Positions 28,117-41,007 of a stretch of 64,000 nucleotides of DNA are shown in pieces (the stretch's first letter is position 1; every line of letters begins with the position of its first letter). The notes beneath the pieces were generated by a model. It was not told the origin of the DNA, did no database searches, and worked only from the letters and a program-made list of their open reading frames with translations. The position numbers were made by a program, and so were the translations under genes. The DNA is from Eledone cirrhosa (taxonomy: Eukaryota), in NCBI GenBank assembly GCA_964016885.1, contig OZ024766.1, positions 8,122,001 through 8,186,000 on the forward strand, given 5' to 3'.

Positions 28117-29044
28117 GTGACCATGTAGACGTTTACTCATTCATATGTAATTGATACCCTTTGATTAACCATCAATTGAATACGATTCTAATTGTTTTTC
28201 TGACTATATTAAATTATGTCCTGGACTTTTAACGTATGACACCGGTTTTATGAAAGAGCAGGAAATATTGTCAAAGACAGCACGTACCTGCTTTCTTTAC
28301 TATAACTTTAATTAATCTAATTATATCTTGTGTAGCAATTATCTCATGTTAAGGTGAAAGTTAATATTTTCTAGCTAACATAGAGTGAGCTACATGTTTC
28401 AGGGTAGGTGTTTCATCTCCTACATGATTAAATATTTCATTTCATGAGAAACTACGCTACATCGTGAATTGGTTGTTCCACATTTTACTGAACAGTGAGA
28501 AATAGGTTTAAATCACCAACATCTGAACAATTAGCTTTCTTGGTCTTTCTTGAGTTTACACTTGGACTTGAAATATAAAGTACATATTATTTGTATTGTT
28601 AATACAGTAGATATTGAGTTCTTTTCTACACCACAATTTTATTTCCTTGACATCAGTGTCACACTGTCATATCTATTCTTACTTTACAGTTCTGTCAACT
28701 AAGAGTTCTGTTACAATCTGTATTAAAAGAATGACTATTTCACCAGAACATCTGCTGCTAGTCATTTACGGACACCCTATATCTTTTAGACCACACATCA
28801 TTAATTATACATAGCCACTTTTCTTAACATAGAAATAGAAGTCTTTTTCTCTACAATAATACATATGTACCACTTGGAGAGGACTCACTTTGCTACAAGC
28901 ATTCTATTGGTATGTAGAAAATATATCTACATTGCATATTTTCCACACGTGTAAACATAGTCCTATGATATCTAAGACAAGGAACTGAACTGTAATATAT
29001 TATAAACAGATATTTCAACTTTTAAGAATTCTTCAAAAATTACT

Positions 29045-29913
29045 ATGGAAGACGTTAAACACTTGGACATTTCTACCAATATAGTTACAGTTACACAGAC
29101 ATACAGTGGTGAGAAACCTTTACCTAGTGAAACATGTACTGAACAAGGATCTTTATACAGAAATATTCCTGAATATAGCTGTGAGATTTGTAGGAAAATT
29201 TTCTTATCAGAAGATGAATTATCTACACACAAACACATACATATTAAAGACAAACCCTATAATTGTGAAATATGTGGGAAATCTCATTTAATTGATCATG
29301 TACGGAGTCATACTGGAGAAAAACCCTATCACTGTGAAATATGTGGGAAATCTTTTGTTAATACAAGCCACTTAAACACACATCAAAAAATTCACATGGG
29401 AGAAAAACCTTTCCACTGAAATATGTGGGAAATCTTTTACACAAAACTAATCTTGTTGTACACAAAAGAATACACACAGGAGAAAAACCTTTCCACTGTG
29501 AAATATGTGGGAAATCTTTTACACAGAAAACTAATCTTGTACACAAAAGAATACACACGGGAGAAAAACCTTTCCACTGTGAAATATGTGGGAAATCTTT
29601 TACACAGAAAACTAATCTTGTTGTACACAAAAGAATACACACGGGAGAAAAACCTTTCCACTGTGAAATATGTGGGAAATCTTTTACACAGAAAACTAAT
29701 CTTGTTGTACATAAAAGAATACACACGGGAGAAAAACCTTTCCACTGTGAAATATGTGGAAAATCTTTTACACAGAAAACTAATCTTATTGTACACAAAA
29801 GAATACACACGGGAGAAAAACCTTTCCACTGTGAAATATGTGGGAAATCTTTTGTGAACACATGTGGGATATATTTTGTCTGTCTAACACAGTCTTACAG
29901 AAACACAGACTAG
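29045..29913 (+). pseudogene. C2H2 zinc-finger family B, frameshifted
   Basis: 2-nt loss at ~29417 (CCACTGAAAT versus CCACTGTGAAAT) and further indels. Near-identical [10 protein letters not shown] fingers follow. Confidence 0.75.
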
Positions 29914-30366
29914 GGGGGAAACGTGGTAAATATTTTTGTGTTTACCACAGTCTTAAATAGACACAAACACTGGAGGGAAACCTTTTAATTATGAAACATG
30001 TGGGAAATGTTTTGTGTCTCTAACTATCACAGGAAAAACATGCGCAGTCATGAAACACAAAACAAACTAAGACAAGAAGGAGTAGAGGTTTAAAACCAGG
30101 AAAAAGAGGAGGCACAATACAAATAGTCATTGAGGAGGTCATAGTGTGACAAAAGAACTTTGATTAACAAATGATTAACAAACAATAAAGATAAAGTAAA
30201 AATAAAATGGTGCAGGTGTTTCTTTATATTGGCATCATGATTATCCCCAAATATAAAAATATATATGCATATGTATATACACATACATGTACATATATTT
30301 ATATATGTTTGTATATATATATATATGTATACATGTACATATATTTATATGTTTGTGTATATATAT

Positions 30367-30968
30367 CATCACAGGGTTAAAGTCTATCTTAGTTTCATTG
30401 GTGTTAAGTGACTGAGAGTACAAGACTTCCCCTTGGACAGGACACAAGTCCATCACAGGGTTAAAGTCTGTCTTAGTTTCATTGGTGTTAAGTGACTGAG
30501 AGTACAAGACTTCCCCTTGGACAGGACACCAGTCCATCACAGGGTTAAAGTCTGTCTTAGTTTCATTGGTGTTAAGTGACTGAGAGTACAAGACTTTCCC
30601 CTGGACAGGACACCAGTCCATCACAGGGTTAAAGTCTGTCTTAGTTTCATTGGTGTTAAGTGACTGACAGTACAAGACTTCCCCCTGGACAGGACACCAG
30701 TCCATCACAGGGTTAAAGTCTGTCTTAGTTTCATTGGTGTTAAGTGACTGAGAGTACAAGACTTTTCCCTGGACAGGACACCAGTCCATCACAGGGTTAA
30801 AGTCTGTCTTAGTTTCATTGGTGTTAAGTGACAGAGTACAAGACTTCCCCCTGGACAGGACACCAGTCCATCACAGGGTTAAAGTCTGTCATAGTTTCAT
30901 TGGTGTTAAGTGACTGAGAGTACAAGACTTCCCCCTGGACAGGACACCAGTCCATCACAGGGTTAAGG
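30367..30968. repeat. 84-bp minisatellite (~7 copies), SINE-derived
   Basis: CATCACAGGGTTAAAG... at 30451, 30535 and onward. Minus strand CCCTGTGATGGACTGGTGTCCTGTCCAGGGG resembles a SINE body motif. Confidence 0.85.
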
Positions 30969-31413
30969 TCTTATATATATATGTATTTCTGGAAGTCCAG
31001 AAACAGCCGTCGAAATGGCTTGAGCTCTGCCGTCGGAGTCTTGACTCTTTTCCTATTACCCACTCTACTACCCAAAGTATTGAGTACTCTGGTGGGTTAT
31101 GGTCCACCTGGTGCCTTACTACACTTCCTTCGTTATATATATATAAAATAAAAATATATAATATTTATTTATCCAATGATATTAAATAAATGGAAACTAT
31201 ATTTATAAAACCATATTTATTCTAATATATATATTTCAAGGGTACCAAAATTTTTACATAACCAAGGAGAATATACCTTAACGGTTCAAAGTATATATAT
31301 GTATATATATATATAGTAAAATAAAAATATATAATAATTATTTATACATAGTATATATTATATTATTTATTATATATATGTATATATATAAATAAATATA
31401 TATTTTTGTATAT

Positions 31414-31598
31414 AATTGTTTCCTCTTTTGGCACAAGGCCAGCAATGAATTAGTGTATTACTGGTACTTTATTTTATCGACCCCGTAAGGATGAAAGGCA
31501 AAGTTAACCTCGGCGGGATTTGAACTCAGAATGGCAAGGACCGTAACTCTATACGTCAAAACATGGCATCCGACCCTCTACCGATACTGCCAATCCAC
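31414..31598 (-). mobile_element. Meta-like tRNA SINE (paralogous copy 57052-57236)
   Basis: Same family as 407-593. Confidence 0.75.
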
Positions 31599-33495
31599 AT
31601 ATAATATATACAGGTTGGTCCGAAAGTCATGTCACCCCCTACCAAAAAGTAATGAGAAACAGTTTATGTTCCCATCGCAGTATCATCCCCTTCGGAGGAG
31701 CTGGTTTGCCGAATCTATCTTGCAGTGAAGTCATCTCACATATATATACATATATCGTGTCACATATATATATATATATGTATTTATTATTATTACTATA
31801 TACATATATATATAATAATAATAAAAAATAGAAAGACCAGAACCCAAAGAGGACTGGATAAAGTTTCAGATGACCCTGCTAAGAGTAAAAGCAGAAATGC
31901 TTTGTTTAAACTTTTAATTCGTACTACTAATATATATATATTTATATATATATATCATCTTCAATGTAGAGAAATGGCTTCTATAGGACTAGAACTGTTT
32001 CAAAAGGCAATCAGGCAGGAAGCAAGAGGCTAACAAGACGGGAAATGCGTATTACTGTGGCTAGAGCAAGAAAGCTAGCTGTTTTGTTGCTTTCCGACAA
32101 GATACGAATCTGTGGCTGAAGAATAAGAAGCTACAACAACGTTAATGGCGGAGAAGTGAGAAAAAAATTGATTTTAAAAAAATATCTTTAAAATTTCTAA
32201 TTTAACAACAAAGAGATTATTTCTTTGGTTGTTTAATAAAATATAAAAAGAGATCAGATTGATTACATGTGGAGAGGGTAAGTTGAGAAAGATTTACTTG
32301 AAGTCTAAAATAATGTGTGTAAATAATAGAATTATGTGAACCTAACAGCGATACAGTAATTATATAGAGGTGAAGGTATTTAACAACTTTGGACATATTT
32401 CTTCACTTTTATATACAGGAAAATACTGGGGACATATTTATTTCATAAATACATTACAAATCGTTTGCAATTCTTTCACAATGAATATATAAACAGAGCA
32501 TATAAATAAATTTACAGCGGAATAACATAACAAATATGTTTTAAATATATACATAAATAACATAAATGCTTAGACAACATTATAAATAGCTCCCGATTCT
32601 GTCAGAAGGATGTATTCTTTTAATGTTACAATATTCAAGAAAATGTAAAGGAAGGGGTGAACAACGGAGCCAACACCAGAGCAAAAGACAGCAACGAGGA
32701 GTACTGAGCAACCTCTCTAATGTTTTTGAGGCAAGCCAGCACACTGGCAGCGTAACTTCAGGTGATGGCGAGGCTGATGCCCTGAAACAGCCAAGCGGCC
32801 TCGGGAGGTTCGCCAGTGAAGAGAGGAACCTCGCAGTCAGCGGCCCGACTCCTCCAAACGTCTCGAAAGCCACAGGCTGAAAAATGTAGCTAAATACTTC
32901 TAGACTGAAATGTTGATGTCGTATTTTTGGTAAATTTATAGGAAAAAGACGCCTTCCCTCGATTTCAGTGGGGAAGTTAGTTTTTTGAGTTATCAATTAA
33001 TGTAACCTCTTGGATGCTGGCAATCGAATTATTCCGCCGAAAAACAAATAGACGGATACTCTAAACTTTAACCCTAAACATAAAACTTAACCCTTTAGCA
33101 TTTAAACCAGATATAATGTAATTAAGTAAGAAAGTTATTAAATTTTGATTTTTGTGAAATTTTTTTTAATTACTGTTTTAAATGTAATTAACTAATACAG
33201 TTATTGTTAAATTTTAAATTATTTATTTATTTTTATTTTTGTGAAATTTTTTTTTTAATAATTTTAAGAAGTTTTTTTTTTTTTTTTTTTTAAATATTAT
33301 CAAGTAAGAAAGTTATTAATTAAAATTTAATTAAATTTAAAATTATTTAATTTTATTTTTTTAAATACTTTTCATTTCTGTTTAATTTTTTTTTAAAAAT
33401 AATTTTAAGAAAAGTAAATACGAAACAAATTATAATTTTTTTCTTTTTGATTAAAAATTTTTTTTTTAAACCTAAATTCTAATATTCCAAAATAT

Positions 33496-33970
33496 CTATA
33501 ATACATCATAATAATGTTGTATCCAATATAGAATATTGCCGAAGATGTTTTCTTGAATAGCATGGCACCAAAGGAACTCCTGGAGGGGAGAGCTGTAAAG
33601 TGCCTCATTTGTTCCTGTCATGGCACAGAATTTGACTTTGTACAGCCCCCAGCTGCCTTCCACATGGATTGTGGGGTTGTTAGGGTCCACAAGGTTGTCA
33701 CAAGGGTTACCAACTTGTTGTGGGAGGACATTATATGACTGCCAGCCTTCGGTGGATTGTGGGGTTGTTAGGGTCCACAAGGTTGTAACGAGGGTTACCA
33801 ACATGTTGTGGGAGGACATTGTATGACTGCCAGCCTTCGGTTACAATGCGAATACATGGACGAATGTACAGAGCAATGGTGGGTAAAAGGGTGGCTACAT
33901 TTCTTTGTTCCACAGGTAACGCTATTGTCACATTGGTACCTCACTCCACCATAACAAGAACCCTAACCCA
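33496..33970 (-). mobile_element. Merlin transposase relic (2 x 88-bp repeat)
   Basis: ...LVDPNNPTIH.VEGSW...K......G......SPLQEFLW......NIFGNILYWIQHYY. Confidence 0.75.
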
Positions 33971-34742
33971 CAAAAATCAACAACAATAATTTAAAAAAAA
34001 TTAAATAATTCAACATTTAATTAATATCTTTCTTACTGACATTTAAAAAAAAATAATTTTTTTAAAAATGTACTTTTCTTAAGATTTTTAAAAATAATTT
34101 AACGAGAATCAAAAAATATGAATTAAATAATTTAAAATTTAACTAATAATAACTTTCTTACTTAATAACATTAAAAAAAAAATAATAATATCAAATAAAC
34201 ATTAAATTAAATAATTTAAAATATCATTAAAATTTAATTAACAATAACTTTCTTACTTAATTACATTAAATAAAAAAAAATAATTTAACTACAAGATGCC
34301 CATAAAATTAATTCTGTAAAATACCATTTTAATATCCTCTCCTCTATATCTTATTTTGTTTCTCTGTTATTTCAGAATATCACCTGACATTGACAGAAGA
34401 GAAATTTTAAATTGAGATACATCATCAATATCATCTTTTAAAAGACTAACACAAGATTTTACATAAATCTTTGTCTATAAAACATTTGATGAATTACTTT
34501 GAAATATTTCTTCTGAATTGAGGTTTGTAAATAAATTTCTCTTCTTCACATTCTGGAAAGTGTACGAGAAGATTCTGCATTCTTATTAAACTTGAATTAA
34601 TTTACAAAGGAGCTTGCACCATTTTCAGTTGTCAACAAATATCACAGTTGATGGAAATATTTGTTTGGAACAAAACCAAGAAAAATATCTTTATTTTGTA
34701 CTGAGAGAAGAAAAATAAAGATTTATATTTTCACCTGAAGAG

Positions 34743-36194
34743 ATGTCGAAGGAGATAGGAGAATCATTATATCACTGTGATGTCTGCAATAAATCATTCT
34801 CTGGAAAAGATATCCTCTCAACTCATAAATGTACTCACACAGGAGAGAAATCATATCTTTGTTATGTCTGTGGTAAATCATTCTCTGAGAAAGATAGCCT
34901 CTTAACACATGAACGTATACATACAGGAGAGAAGCCATATCACTGTGATATCTGTGGTAAGTCATTCTCACAGGCAGCAAGCTTGACTACACATAAATAT
35001 ATACACACAGGAGAGAAGCCATATCAGTGTGGTATCTGTGGTAATTCATTCTCACATGCAGTAACCTTGACTACACACAAACGTATACATACAGGAGAGA
35101 AGCCATATCACTGTGGTATCTGTGGTAAGTCATTCTCACAGGCAGGAAACTTGACTATACACAAACGTATACATACAGGAGAGAAGCCCTATCACTGTGA
35201 TATCTGTGGTAAGTCATTCTTACATGCAGTAACCTTGACTACACACAAATATATACACACAGGAGAGAAACCTCATCAATGTGGTATCTGTGGTAAGTCA
35301 TTCTCACAGGCAGGAAACTTGACTACTCACAAATATGTACATACAGGAGAGAAGCCATATCACTGTGGTATCTGTGGTAAGTCATTCTCAAATGCAGTAA
35401 CCTTGACTACACACAAACGTATACATACAGGAGAGAAGCCATATCGCTGTGATATCTGTGGTAAGTCATTCTCACAGGCAGCAAACTTGACTACACACAA
35501 ACGTATACATACAGGAGAGAAGCCATATCGCTGTGATATGTGTGGTAAGTCATTCTCACATGCAGCAAACTTGACTACACACAAATATATACACACAGGA
35601 GAGAAGCCATATCGCTGTGGTATCTGTGGTAAGTCATTCTCACAGGCAGCAAACTTGACTACACACAAACGTATACATACAGGAGAGAAGCCATATCGCT
35701 GTGATATGTGTGGTAAGTCATTCTCACATGCAGCAAACTTGACTACACACAAATATATACACACAGGAGAGAAGCCATATCGCTGTGGTATCTGTGGTAA
35801 GTCATTCTCACAGGCAGTAACCTTGACTGCACACAAACGTATACATACAGGAGAGAAGCCATATCGCTGTGATATCTGTGGTAAGTTATTCTCACAGGCA
35901 GGAACCTTGACTACACACAAATATGTACATACAGGAGAGAAACTTCATCAATGTGGTATCTGTGGTAAGTCATTCTCTGATGCAGGAAACTTGACTACAC
36001 ACGAACATATACATACAGGAGAGAAGCCTCATCGCTGTGATATCTGTGGTAAATCATTCTCACATGCAGGACACTTAACTAAGCACAAATATATACACAC
36101 AGGAGAGAAACCTCATCAATGTGGTATCTGCGGTAAGTCATTCTCACATGCAGGAAACTTGACTACACACAAACGTATACATACAGTAAATTGA
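34743..36194 (+). CDS. C2H2 zinc-finger protein, family A copy 3 (17 fingers)
   Basis: Intact 483-aa ORF. Confidence 0.92.
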   Translation: MSKEIGESLYHCDVCNKSFSGKDILSTHKCTHTGEKSYLCYVCGKSFSEKDSLLTHERIHTGEKPYHCDICGKSFSQAASLTTHKYIHTGEKPYQCGICGNSFSHAVTLTTHKRIHTGEKPYHCGICGKSFSQAGNLTIHKRIHTGEKPYHCDICGKSFLHAVTLTTHKYIHTGEKPHQCGICGKSFSQAGNLTTHKYVHTGEKPYHCGICGKSFSNAVTLTTHKRIHTGEKPYRCDICGKSFSQAANLTTHKRIHTGEKPYRCDMCGKSFSHAANLTTHKYIHTGEKPYRCGICGKSFSQAANLTTHKRIHTGEKPYRCDMCGKSFSHAANLTTHKYIHTGEKPYRCGICGKSFSQAVTLTAHKRIHTGEKPYRCDICGKLFSQAGTLTTHKYVHTGEKLHQCGICGKSFSDAGNLTTHEHIHTGEKPHRCDICGKSFSHAGHLTKHKYIHTGEKPHQCGICGKSFSHAGNLTTHKRIHTVN

Positions 36195-36725
36195 GTGACC
36201 ATGTAGAGGTTTACTCGTTGATATATAATTGATACCCTTTGATTAACCATCGATTGAATACGATTCAAATTGTTTTTCTGACTATTAAATTATGTCCGGG
36301 ACTTTTAACATATGACACCGGTTTTATGAAAGTGCAGGAAATCAAGCCAAATCAGTTCCTGTATGAGCAAGGCATGGTCAGCCGACAACAGGACAACCCG
36401 TCTAACCCATGCTAGCGTGGAAGAACGGACGTAAAACGGTGATGATAGTGATGATGATGATATATATATATATATTTTTTATTTTACTATATTTTTGTAT
36501 ATAATTGTTTCCTCTTTTGGCACAAGGCCAGAAATAAACCAGTGCATTACTGGTACTTTATTGTTTATGTTCCCATCGCAGTATCATCCCCTTCGGAGGA
36601 GCTGGTTTGCCGAATCTATCTTGCAGTGAAGTCATCTCACATATATATACATATATCGTGTCGCATATATATATATATGTTTTTTTTATTATTACTATAT
36701 ATATATATATATACATATAAATATA

Positions 36726-36915
36726 ATTGTTTCTACTTTAGGCACAAGGCCAGCAATTACTCAGTGCATTACTGGTACTTTATTTTATCGACCCCGTAAG
36801 GATGAAAGGCAAAGTCAACCTCGGCGGGATTTGAACTCAGATCGTAAAGGGACGTAACTATGCTGGAAAGCATGGCGTCCGACCCTCTACCGATACTGCC
36901 AATCCACCACCCTTA
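36726..36915 (-). mobile_element. Young Meta-like SINE insertion
   Basis: Almost identical to 407-593 and flanked by ATATAAATATAAT on both sides. Empty site in sister units (~41530, ~46808). Confidence 0.8.
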
Positions 36916-38560
36916 TATATATAAATATAATAATAATAAAAAATAGACCAAAACCTAAAGAGGACTCGATAAAGTTTCAGATGACCCAGAAATGCTTTGT
37001 TTAAACTTTTAATTCGGACTACTAATATATATATATATATATATATCATCTTCAATGTAGAGAAATGGCTTCTATAGGACTAGAAATGTTTCGAAAGGCA
37101 ATCAGGCAGGGAGAAAGAGGCTAACAAGACGGGAAATACGTATTACTGCGGCTAGAGCAAGAAAGCTAGCTGTTTTGTTGCTTTCCGACAAGATACGAAT
37201 CTGTGGCTGAAGAATAAGAAGCTACAACAACGTTAATGGCGGAGAAGTGAGAAAAAAATTGATTTAAAAAAAATATCTTTAAAATTTCTAACTTAACAAC
37301 AAAGAGATTATTTCTTTGGTTGTTTAATAAAATATAAAAAGAGATCAGATTGATTACATGTGGAGAGGGTAAGTTGAGAAAGATTTACTTGAAGTCTAAA
37401 ATAATGTGTGTAAATAATAGAATTATGTGAACCTAACAGCGATACAGTAATTATATAGAGGTGAAAGTATTTAACAACTTTGGACATATTTCTTCACTTT
37501 TATATACAGGAAAATACTGGGGACATATTTATTTCATAAATACATTACAAATCGTTTGCAATTCTTTCACAATGAATATATAAACAGAGCATTTAAATAA
37601 ATTTACAGTGGAATAACATAACAAATATGTTTTAAATATACACTTAAATAACATTATAAATGCTCAGACAACATTATAAATAGCTCCCGATTCTGTCAGA
37701 AGGATGTATTCTTTTAATGTTACAATATTCAAGAAAATGTAAAGGAAGGGGTGAACAACGGAGCCAACACCAGGGCAAAAGACAGCAACGAGGAATACTG
37801 GGCAACCTCTCTAATGATTTTTGAGGCAAGCCAGCACACTGGCAGTGTAACTTCGGGTGATGGGGAGGCTGATGCCCTGAAACAGCCAAGCACCCTCGCA
37901 GTCAGCGGCCCGACTCCCCCAAACGTCTCGAAAGCCACAGGCTGAAAAATGTAGCTAAATACTTCTAGACTGAAATGTTGATGTCGTAATTTTGGTAAAT
38001 TTATAGGAAAAACACTCATTCCCTCGATTTCAGTGGGGAAGTTAGTTTTTTGAGTTATCAATTAATGTAACCTCTTGGATGCTGGCAATCGAATTATTCC
38101 GCCGAAAAACAAATAGACGGATACTCTAAACTTTAACCCTAAACATAAAACTTAACCCTTTAGCATTTAAACCAGATATAATGTAATTAAGTAAGAAAGT
38201 TATTAAATTTTGATTTTTGTGAAATTTTTTTTAATTACTGTTTTAAATGTAATTAACTAATACAGTTATTGTTAAATTTTAAATTATTTATTTATTTTTA
38301 TTTTTGTGAAATTTTTTTTTTAATAATTTTAAGAAGTTTTTTTTTTTTTTTTTTTTAAATATTATCAAGTAAGAAAGTTATTAATTAAAATTTAATTAAA
38401 TTTAAAATTATTTAATTTTATTTTTTTAAATACTTTTCATTTCTGTTTAATTTTTTTTTTAAAATAATTTTAAGAAAAGTAAATACGAAACAAATTATAA
38501 TTTTTTTCTTTTTGATTAAAAATTTTTTTTTTAAACCTAAATTCTAATATTCCAAAATAT

Positions 38561-39035
38561 CTATAATACATCATAATAATGTTGTATCCAATATAGAATA
38601 TTGCCGAAGATGTTTTCTTGAATAGCATGGCACCAAAGGAACTCCTGGAGGGGAGAGCTGTAAAGTGCCTCATTTGTTCCTGTCATGGCACAGAATTTGA
38701 CTTTGTACAGCCCCCAGCTGCCTTCCACATGGATTGTGGGGTTGTTAGGGTCCACAAGGTTGTCACAAGGGTTACCAACTTGTTGTGGGAGGACATTATA
38801 TGACTGCCAGCCTTCGGTGGATTGTGGGGTTGTTAGGGTCCACAAGGTTGTAACGAGGGTTACCAACATGTTGTGGGAGGACATTGTATGACTGCCAGCC
38901 TTCGGTTACAATGCGAATACATGGACGAATGTACAGAGCAATGGTGGGTAAAAGGGTGGCTACATTTCTTTGTTCCACAGGTAACGCTATTGTCACATTG
39001 GTACCTCACTCCACCATAACAAGAACCCTAACCCA
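38561..39035 (-). mobile_element. Merlin transposase relic (2 x 88-bp repeat)
   Basis: Essentially identical to 33496-33970 at offset 5065. Confidence 0.75.
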
Positions 39036-39807
39036 CAAAAATCAACAACAATAATTTAAAAAAAATTAAATAATTCAACATTTAATTAATATCTTTCTTA
39101 CTGACATTTAAAAAAAAATAATTTTTTTAAAAATGTACTTTTCTTAAGATTTTTAAAAATAATTTAACGAGAATCAAAAAATATGAATTAAATAATTTAA
39201 AATTTAACTAATAATAACTTTCTTACTTAATAACATTAAAAAAAAAATAATAATATCAAATAAACATTAAATTAAATAATTTAAAATATCATTAAAATTT
39301 AATTAACAATAACTTTCTTACTTAATTACATTAAATAAAAAAAAATAATTTAACTACAAGATGCCCATAAAATTAATTCTGTAAAATACCATTTTAATAT
39401 CCTCTCCTCTATATCTTATTTTGTTTCTCTGTTATTTCAGAATATCACCTGACATTGACAGAAGAGAAATTTTAAATTGAGATACATCATCAATATCATC
39501 TTTTAAAAGACTAACACAAGATTTTACATAAATCTTTGTCTATAAAACATTTGATGAATTACATTGAAATATTTCTTCTGAATTGAGGTTTGTAAATAAA
39601 TTTCTCTTCTTCACATTCTGGAAAGTGTACGAGAAGATTCTGCATTCTTATTAAACTTGAATTAATTTACAAAGGAGCTTGCACCATTTTCAGTTGTCAA
39701 CAAATATCACAGTTGATGGAAATATTTGTTTGGAACAAAACCAAGAAAAATATCTTTATTTTGTACTGAGAGAAGAAAAATAAAGATTTATATTTTCTCC
39801 TGAAGAG

Positions 39808-41007
39808 ATGTCGAAGGAGATAGGAGAATCATTATATCACTGTGATGTCTGCAATAAATCATTCTCTGGAAAAGATATCCTCTCAACTCATAAATGTACT
39901 CACACAGGAGAGAAATCATATCTTTGTTATGTCTGTGGTAAATCATTCTCTGAGAAAGATAGCCTCTTAACACATAAACGTATACATACAGGAGAGAAGC
40001 CATATCACTGTGATATCTGTGGTAAGTCATTCTCACAGGCAGCAAGCTTGACTACACATAAATATATACACACAGGAGAGAAGCCATATCAGTGTGGTAT
40101 CTGTGGTAATTCATTCTCACATGCAGTAACCTTGACTACACACAAACGTATACATACAGGAGAGAAGCCATATCACTGTGGTATCTGTGGTAAGTCATTC
40201 TCACAGGCAGGAAACTTGACTATACACAAACGTATACATACAGGAGAGAAGCCCTATCACTGTGATATCTGTGGTAAGTCATTCTTACATGCAGTAACCT
40301 TGACTACACACAAATATATACACACAGGAGAGAAACCTCATCAATGTGGTATCTGTGGTAAGTCATTCTCACAGGCAGGAAACTTGACTACTCACAAATA
40401 TGTACATACAGGAGAGAAGCCATATCACTGTGGTATCTGTGGTAAGTCATTCTCAAATGCAGTAACCTTGACTACACACAAACGTATACATACAGGAGAG
40501 AAGCCATATCGCTGTGATATCTGTGGTAAGTCATTCTCACATGCAGCAAACTTGACTACACACAAATATATACACACAGGAGAGAAGCCATATCGCTGTG
40601 GTATCTGTGGTAAGTCATTCTCACAGGCAGTAACCTTGACTGCACACAAACGTATACATACAGGAGAGAAGCCATATCGCTGTGATATCTGTGGTAAGTT
40701 ATTCTCACAGGCAGGAACCTTGACTACACACAAATATGTACATACAGGAGAGAAACTTCATCAATGTGGTATCTGTGGTAAGTCATTCTCTGATGCAAGA
40801 AACTTGACTACACACGAACATATACATACAGGAGAGAAGCCTCATCGCTGTGATATCTGTGGTAAATCATTCTCACATGCAGGACACTTAACTAAGCACA
40901 AATATATACACACAGGAGAGAAACCTCATCAATGTGGTATCTGTGGTAAGTCATTCTCACATGCAGGAAACTTGACTACACACAAACGTATACATACAGT
41001 AAATTGA
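39808..41007 (+). CDS. C2H2 zinc-finger protein, family A copy 4 (14 fingers)
   Basis: Intact 399-aa ORF. Equals copy 3 minus three internal fingers, with a few substitutions. Confidence 0.92.
   Translation: MSKEIGESLYHCDVCNKSFSGKDILSTHKCTHTGEKSYLCYVCGKSFSEKDSLLTHKRIHTGEKPYHCDICGKSFSQAASLTTHKYIHTGEKPYQCGICGNSFSHAVTLTTHKRIHTGEKPYHCGICGKSFSQAGNLTIHKRIHTGEKPYHCDICGKSFLHAVTLTTHKYIHTGEKPHQCGICGKSFSQAGNLTTHKYVHTGEKPYHCGICGKSFSNAVTLTTHKRIHTGEKPYRCDICGKSFSHAANLTTHKYIHTGEKPYRCGICGKSFSQAVTLTAHKRIHTGEKPYRCDICGKLFSQAGTLTTHKYVHTGEKLHQCGICGKSFSDARNLTTHEHIHTGEKPHRCDICGKSFSHAGHLTKHKYIHTGEKPHQCGICGKSFSHAGNLTTHKRIHTVN

Noticed and set aside
33060-33100. Telomere-like AACCCT motifs
   Set aside because: Only two or three degenerate units. 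More likely part of a transposon end than an interstitial telomere.
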